64,000 nt of DNA from a virus (taxonomy: Duplodnaviria; Caudoviricetes), in the IMG/VR virus record IMGVR_UViG_3300007177_000352, positions 19,385-83,384 of that record, one strand, 5' to 3'. Under the pieces are notes generated by a model that ran no database searches, was not told the origin of the DNA, and saw only the letters and a program-made list of their open reading frames with translations. Within the stretch, counting starts at the first letter, position 1; every line of letters begins with the position of its first letter. The position numbers and the translations under genes are program-made. Shown here in pieces: positions 48,801 through 57,800 of the stretch.

Positions 48801-51800
48801 AGCCACCTCTTGAACCGCTTGACCAGTGCTATCTTGGATAGCTAAATTGGCCGTCTCGGTGGCTTGGGCGTGTTGCGATAAGGCCGCTACGTCCGTCCCG
48901 GCAGTGGATATACGCATGGCTTGCACGGCTTGCATAGCCTGTTCATAACTTTGGGTACTGACTAACTCAGTTTGCTTTTGTTGCGTAGCCGCGGTGGTTA
49001 ATTCACTTAATGCAGTTTGTTCAGTCTTTTTCGCGGCGACTAAAGCGGCAGTCATGTTAGTCGCTTCTTGTTCATTTTTCAGTCTTAATTGAACGGCTTG
49101 CGATTGGTCTTGATTCGCTTGTGTTTGTAATTGAGTGGCCGCGGTTGCAGATTTAGAGACACCTCCTAAAGCGACTTGCACATCTTTAGCGGCCAGTTTA
49201 AAGGGGTCAGTGGCAAACATAGTGGCGTTCTTATTCTTGTTTAACCACGTATCCAATTCAGTCCAGGTCACACCTCCTTTTTGCACACCACCTTGACGAA
49301 CGCTTCTTGATTCAGAAATGCCAAGTTTGCCAGTCACTTTATCCACTGTGACTTGCACAATGTGGTCAATATTTTTATCAATGTCACTCCCGGCCCGAAC
49401 GCGACCTCGGTCCCAACCGTGGTCTCCTTTATCAAGGCCAATCATCATACCTTCTTTAAGTTGACTACCAAAATTATCAGTCTTTCTGCTATCAATGAGG
49501 ACGCCTGTCTTATCCACTATATTTTGGATAATATTATGACTGGAATCCTGTAACAGCTTCATATCTGATTTATCAAAGACGACCTGTCCGGCTTGTTGAT
49601 TTATCTTTTCAAAAGCGGTTTTAGTGAGTAGGTTGACCCAGCCACTGCAATCAATTTTACCCAGTTCAATATTTTTGGCGCCTAATTCATAAGATACTCC
49701 TTTTTGGATGTACTTATTCGTGGTATCTGATAGCACGTCAAGAGTGGAGTCATTGATAGCGACTCCTCTCCCTAAACCACCTGTATTGCCAGCCGCTGAT
49801 GGTTTTGCAACCTCACCTAAACCTTTGGCAACTGACTTCCCGGCCTCTTCACTAGCCTTGGCCGCAACCGTGACGACGCCTTGACCTACGGCATTTTGGA
49901 ATTGTGACTTGAATTGTTCTGGAAGAGGTAACTTATTCCATTTGCCTATCCAACCTTCCATGTATTTCTGGGCGAGTGCTACTCCACTAAGATTCTTGCC
50001 TTCGCCACCGACTAGGTTGTTTCTAATATTCCCTGTGACGGTCTTACTGAGATGGTCAACTCCGGTTGTCAGCGTCTTTAAAACTTGACCTAATCCCCCC
50101 GCACCTTGGTTATGGGCCATCCATGCCATGAGGCCATCATTGATATTCATTTTCTCAGCCGTCTCACGCCATCCCTTACTCACCTTATCTAAAGTTTTTT
50201 GGTTTATTTCCCAATACTTGATAGCACCTTCAGCCGCGGCCCGTGGGTCATATTCACGGCCACTGATTCCTACCTCTTTTGATGCCGCTCCCTTGAATTG
50301 CATTAATCCCATGTAACCAGACGAGTTTTTGACATTGGCATTAAAGGAGGATTCTAAAGAGGCCATGCGACTGAGTTCTAAGAGGCTGTAATTAAATTTC
50401 TTAGAGGCACCCTCTAAAGCCGATGCAACCTCATTCGTAACCTTGACGTATTTCTGATTAGCAGAGACAATTTCACCGGTCGTCTTAGTGACACCGTCGC
50501 CAGTTTTATCTAATGCTTGTGATAAATTTTCACCTGCTTTACCGACCTCATTTTGAGAAGTTAAGGCATTGTTCCCTGCCCGCGTAATTGAAATATCAGA
50601 AGCCATTTCTTTTAACTGACTAGCGGCTTTTTCTAAACTATCTGATTTGGCAGTCAAGTCAGCCGCTTTTTGCAGTGTTTCATTAACTTGCTTCCCTAAG
50701 TTATCTACAGATGTACTTAAATTTTTCCCGGCATCCTCTACTGCCTTGGCAATCGTACCTGACATATCTTTACCAGCCGCAACGACGCCATCATTGGACT
50801 GCTTCATAAACTGCGCGGCCTTATCAAGGTCACGTTGCACTTGAGAGTCTTGTTGTCCCTTGTCTTTACCTAATCCAAAGAGACCTAAGAAGGCTTGCTT
50901 ACTCTTTTCTAACGCGGCTTTTTTCTGTTCCTCTAACACCGAACTAAAGAAGCCTTTAAGGGATTGCTTCGCAGACATTTGTCCAGTGGCAAACTTTTCA
51001 TAATACTCGCCTGCTTTTTCACTCATAGAATCCCAATAGCTTGCAGATTCCTGTTTCAACTTCGCTTGATTAGACAATGCCTGACGTTGCAGAATAATCC
51101 GCTTCCCCTCCTCAACGCCGACCTGTTTCATTAGGTCAACGTACTCTTTCTGGTCGCCAACTAATTGAGACTCTCTTGATTTTTGTGACTCCTCATAGAG
51201 TGCCTTTTTCGTTTTAGCTAGTTCCTGAGTTTGATATATTTCAAGTGCGACGTTTTCTGTATATTTTTGCTGTAAATCAAACAGACGCGCTTGTGACTCC
51301 GACATACCAGCTTTAGCCAGTTCATTTTTAGCAGACGTGAGTTCTTGATTAGCACTCGTTAACATCTTGACTTGTGCTATCTGTGGGCCGTAATCGGTAC
51401 CATAGTCACCGACATTTTGAAATACATTCTTCTGCATTTCATTCATGTTAGAGGTGACTAACTCATTACGCGCATAACTCAATGACTCATACGTGCGTTT
51501 CAGTTTGTCTGCAAATTCTTCAGTGGCTTTCGCGGCTTCTTTATATTGTTTAGAGACGTTAGTTAAGGCGTCGGCTTGGTCATAGAGTGACGCTTTCATG
51601 TCACGGGCAGCTTCTTTTGCACTCTCTTTGATAGCTTTATTGGCTTCTTTTGCGGCTTTTTCAGATTCTTTTGCTGCCGCTCTTTGAATGGCAGTTTGTT
51701 CTTTTGCAGACTCTCTTAACTGACGGACGACCTCCTGGGCATCATGCACTTCTTGACGGACACCAACCTCTTGATGACTAATATTCTTCTTTACGGTGCT

Positions 51801-54800
51801 ATCAGTGGTTAAACTCTTTTTCTGTGATAAGTCAAATAGCTTTTCTTTGGCGACACGCAACCTTTCTTCAGCTTCAGCTAAGGATTGTGTCGCCTCGGTT
51901 GCCGTCGCTTTGACCGAGGACGCGGTACTAGCGGCGGCTGTTTCTAAAGCACCCATGGCGCCACTACCTTGCTGTGTCATGTCGGCCACCGCGGCAGTTA
52001 ATGTCTCGCTGTTTTGTGTGACACCAGTTGCTAAAGTGGACGGGATAGATTGACCAGAAGCGGTTAAATCAGATAGGGGGCCCGTCTTCGCATCTGAAAA
52101 GGGGAGGTATTGACGGACCGAGGTTAGACCATCAGAAACAGCCGTGGTGAGTTCCTGTGCCCCTTTTTTGATACCATTGCCAACGGTGCTTAACAATTTT
52201 CGCCCAGCCTCAGTAAAGTCTATTGTGCTAAGGTATTGAAAAACTGAATCAAACACTTGCTTTACACTATCAATGAGTATTGATGGCGCACTTAAAATCC
52301 CATCTTTGATACTGGTGATGATAGCAATACCGCGGTCTGAATAAATGATACTTTCAAGGTAAGTTTTCACACTGGTAAAGAGAGTGGTCACCCCATCCAC
52401 TAAAAGGGTCGGGAGGCTTGTGATACCAGTGTAAATACTCATTATCATAGCCACTCCTCTATCAGAATAGACTAGACTTTCAAGGTAGTTATACACACCC
52501 GTAAAGATGCCCTTGACGGTATCAATTAACAGTGAGGGGAGGCTTAACACGCCGTTGACAAATGCAGTTATCAATCCCTGTCCACTGGTTGTCAATTGGG
52601 TAAAGGGACCTTCATTAGCGTCACTATGAGGGAAGAGATTCCAGACGTATTTAAACACACCCAGAACTGAGTCATAAATGGATTTGCCAATAGACACAAT
52701 CCCTTCACCAAAGGCACTGAGTAGCTTCGCCCCGGCTTGATACCATGATTCAGGGAGGATGGCACTGATAGCCATTTTGGCAATCCCTAAGATTGCGTAA
52801 CCAACGTTGGAGGCAACAGACCATAGCCCTTCTACAATCCCAGTGACAATAGATAGGCCGGCCTCTCCCCAATTACCGGCGGCAATGGCGCCGGTGACAT
52901 TACCTATCGTAGTCCCTATGATTCGAGTGAGGTCGCTAAGGATGTTGGCTGGGGCCATTAGCACATCACCGAGGCCATGCCATGTCTCATTTAAAGAAGT
53001 GGCGAGTTGACCGAGACCATCTGGAATATTTTTTATAGAGGTGAGAATACTATCAGCAAAGTCAGCGAATCTGAAATTGGCAATTGCATCAATCGCGACC
53101 CCAATGGCCGAAGCTATCCCCCGACCCATTTCAACAAAGGCACCTACCACCGTGATAGCTGTTTCTTGTACGACTGTGAATTGGTTATATAGGAACGTAC
53201 CTATTTGCCAACCTATAAAGAAGGCACCCAAGGCCGCGGCCCCAGTCTTAACCACTGTGAATGCCATTCCTAAATCAAGTAACCCAGTGGATAACACCAT
53301 CATGGCACCCATTCCAACGGTTTCCAGGTTTTCTAGTGTATAAGTGATGGCATCACCAATAGGTTTAAGGAGTCCAAATTTATCTAACATTTCAGTTAAA
53401 TCTTGACTCCATTGTTCTTTGATACTGGTTAGGCTAAATGCGCTCTTTAACTGAGATTGAGTACCTTCAACATCAACCTTTGGTGTGTTTCCTAATTCAG
53501 AGGCAGAAGCATCTTGAGAAGAAAACATGCTTAAAGCGGCAGTGCCTGCGACGGCCATGCCCATCATTGCCGTCTTTTTGCCAAACATACCACTGAGTCG
53601 GCTTCCCGTGGCCGCAGTGGAGGTCGCCCCTTCGGTTCTAAACCGTGCCCAGAAATTAGCAACATGGGCTTGCGCAACAATAAATGCCCGTCCTATGAAA
53701 CCGGGGGTACTTGCAGTGGCTGCCCCACTTTGGGTTCTAAACAGTCCCCAGAATTTGGCAGTTGACGCTGACCATATAGTGGTTATCCGTTGTCCTATTG
53801 GTGACCACACTGCATACGCTTTTCCACTCAGGCTTTCAATACCATGCCAAGCGGTATTAAGGAATCGACCAGTCGCCTCAGTTGCTTTATCCCACATTTG
53901 ACCAGTTCTCACTTGTGCAAATAAACTGGCGGTACGAGTTGCAACCGTGTTACTGAAACTGACTATTTTATCTGCTATAGTGGAACTGGCGGCGGATACA
54001 TTGGTCATTGTGGTATTTAATATCGCTGGGAGAGACCTAAATCCCGCAGTCATCTTCTCACCGGCGCGGTCAAGTAAATTGACTGAATGTGCCCAAGCCG
54101 CATTGAGGGCACGACCGGCTCCATACCATCCGGCCTTGATAGTTGAAAATGTAGAGGATAAGGTACTGGAGAGCTTCTGGAAAACGTTTTTTATCTCACC
54201 GGCTTGTTTAACCGCTTCCTCTTTAAGTTGTTTGAATCTCTCTGTCTCTTTCCCAGAACTGCCCTCTACAAACCTTGATGTCCCCTCTCGTTGTGCCATT
54301 TCCATAGCACGATTTATTACAGCCCCCTGATTCTTATTAATGGTCCCATTCTGGTTACGTTCTAAGGTCGCACCAGAACCAACCCACTTGGCCTTTTCCA
54401 TATAAGCGCCAGCGGCATTGCTTAATTCTTTATACTTGGTTTTTATTTTACCCAGTGAATCTGACAAACTAAACAAACTATTAGATACCTTGGTGGCTAT
54501 TAAGGAACTGGTAGCTGACAATTTAGTCATCGCGGTATTTAAGGTTGCCGGGAGAGTTCTAAACGCCACGGTCATTCGTTCCGCCATTCGGTCAAATAAA
54601 TTTATAGAATGCGCCCACGTTGCATTCAACGCACGACCTAACCCGAATGTACCAGCCTTAATGAATGACCAAGTATTAGTCCAACCTGTTTTAAGAAATG
54701 ACCAAGCAGAAGCCCACGCCGCTTTAAAAGTTTTTACAGGTTCAGTAGCAAAAACAGCCAGCTTTTGCCAAATTGTACGAGTGGCGACCGCTTGCTTTGC

Positions 54801-57800
54801 CGCTTCTTCTTTCACTCGTTTATATGCTTCAGTTTCTCTTTTTTCCCATGCACCTGTCTTCCTGTTATATACCTCTTCCTCTTTCAAACTGTCGCCATAT
54901 TGCCGTTTCCACATCTCGTCGGCACGGTCCAATACGGGTCTGTTGCGTTTATCTGATGTCCATTGCCCTTCTTTAATAAACGCCCGTTGTTTGGGGTCAG
55001 TAAAGGCGGAACCAGTCCATTTGGCATCGGCTACATATTTTTTGGCCGCTTGACTCATCCGAGAGAAAGCCCCAGTGGCCGAGGACGCGAGATTAGAAAA
55101 TGCGACTATACCTGTAGCGGCAGCAAATTTAAGAGTATTACCTATACCTGCTAAGACTCCTGTTACAGACAACCAGGACCGACGACTACTTTCAGCCGCG
55201 GTTTTATTGGCAGTGGCGGCAGTGGTAGCGTTACCAGTTATTTGTTCTTGACAACTTAACTTATCACAAGCCAGCTTCAAGAAATCCATTTTACCAGGAG
55301 GAGGTAACTTCCCTTTCGGAGGAGTTACATCGCATTGGGCAAATGGATTGACGCACTGTCCTTTCTTACTAGAGGCAATCAATTCAAATCCCTTTTGACC
55401 TTGAATAATCCGTCTCTTCACTTCCTTTTCACTGGGTAACAAGCAAGCCATTAACGGGTTGTTGATACACTCTTTAGCCTTGGCCCCAGCTTTAGCACGG
55501 AGGGACATCGCTGAGTATATTTTCTGGATTGCAACACCCATTGCCAAAGCCGCAGTTCCACCGAATATTGCGATAGAAGTGCCCCACTCACTTATCATAA
55601 AACCAAAGAAGTCTTTCAATTGGTCTTTATAAGCCCCTACCGCACCAATTATCCCACCGATGGCCCCCATCGCCACGGCTGGCAAACTGATAAAACCTGT
55701 CGCAACTAATGTGATAGCAGCCGTTATCCCTGCTAGCCCCATGATGATTTTTTTCGTGGTGGAGTCCAACCCAGCCCAGAAATTACTAACAGATTCTTTG
55801 GCACTGAGAAACGCCGCTTTAATCTCCGTTCGGAAGACCACTGCCGTGGAAACTAAACTGGCAAATACCGCTAGTAATGGATTAGCACCTAATACCACTG
55901 ACAGAACCCCGGAGGCAATAGAAGCAATCGCTATTCTGAAACTTTTGGCATTCTCTGTTACTTCAGAAAACGGAATTTGTTGAAGGAGTAACTCAAAAAT
56001 GGAGACCGAAGCAACTCCTGCTTTTAGGGTCGCAGGCAGTGGAAGTAAGAATAACATTGCCGACTGGACAATTGACCCCATGGCGCTGACGTGAGTACCA
56101 CTGGCATCTAGTGTGGCCTGAAATTCATCAATGTTCTTCTTAATATAAGCAAAAGTGTCACCGATGGTTGATTTAATGAAATTATAGGTGATGCCGATTT
56201 GGTCAGAAAACATTTCAATTGCAATGACCGTCTTGGCGATGATACTCACAACCAACAATCCAAACTTCATAGCCGGATTAAAATTCACCACGGCGGCCCC
56301 TAATTCCTTTATGACTCCCAGTGCCCTCATAGGTCCCTTCATAGCCTTGATTGCGGCAATAAGGGAGGCAACGATGATGCCGGCATTTTTGAACATGTTC
56401 TGCTGATTGTCTGCCAACCCACCCCACCATTCTTTGAGTGTAGAGACGGTGTCGGCAGTGTATTGCATCATTTGTCCAATAAACGTCCCTTTATAGTCTT
56501 GGGCCATCTGATTCCAGTTTTTAATAAAGGAATCCCTTAACGATGTGGCTAAAATAAGAAAATTACTTTTAGCCCCACTGAAGTCCAAAGTCATTATACT
56601 TTTGACCACAGCCATAAACTCGGTGTGGAAGCTGGATAAAATAGAAATAACCAGTCCCAGGGCCGTGAGAGATTTAAAGGCATTGGCAAGTCCTGCGACA
56701 GAAGTGATAGCACCAGCCGCAAGTTTTCCGATATTTAAGACGGAGGTGGTGAAAATTGAGAGGGAGGTAATCATTTGGCCGGTTGAACCAAAGATTTGAA
56801 ACACCGTTTTGGTCAACCGCAAGGTAGTAAAGAATGCCGAAAATCCCTTTCCTAAGATTTTAAAAAATTCACTCACTGTCTTAACAATCACTGAAAAAAT
56901 CGAGAGTGTTCCACCCGCACTTGTTTTCGCTACCCCTGCCGTCTTCACCACTTCAGCACTCATGGAAACCATCGAACTGCTTGCAGTCGTGGTTAACATG
57001 ATAATAGAGGGAGAGACGACACTCATAATCTGCTTGACGGAGATAATTCCACCCACAATCGAACCGATGGAACCCAGAATAGATAACATTGAGTCGCCAC
57101 TCACTTTCTTGATTGCACTCATTACCCATTCACTGGCCCCAGCCATCCCATTCCCCAGAGACTGCATCATAGAGAACCCCACTTCCCCAAAAGTGACTAC
57201 AGACCCCTTGATAACTTCATATACTTCACTAAAGACGATTAACACTGACTCAGTTAACCACCCCGCTTTACTCAATAAGGCTTCCCCAAAGGTCGTCAAT
57301 AAAGATTCCCCGCTTTGTGTCAACTGACTAAACGGACCCTCTTTTGCATCTGAATGGGGGAAGAGGTTAGCAACCCAACTGAAGACACTTAAAACTGCAT
57401 TGTATAATGTTTTTCCAGCAGATATAACACCTTCGGACAAGGTTTTGATAATTCTGTCACCTTGCCCACTGGCAAATGCGTTAGCTAATCCTATTGCTAT
57501 ACCAGCACTTAGACCAATGAAAAGCGTTGGTAATGACGCTGTCACTGCGGCACCTAGACCAAGGAAGATTTTACTTAATTTGACAATCATGTCACCAGTA
57601 TCAGCCGCAGTCTTTTTATAGCTTACGTTAAACCCAGAGACTCTACCAATCGTTATTAATATCACCTCCGATAAAAGACGTAGCGGGGCTAACAATGGGA
57701 TGTTTCTGGTTAGCACATTAGTAATTGTGGCCAACGCTGGAATTAGAACTAAACCAATTCCAGGAGGAATCTCTTTAAATACCCCTAAGACTGAATCGAC

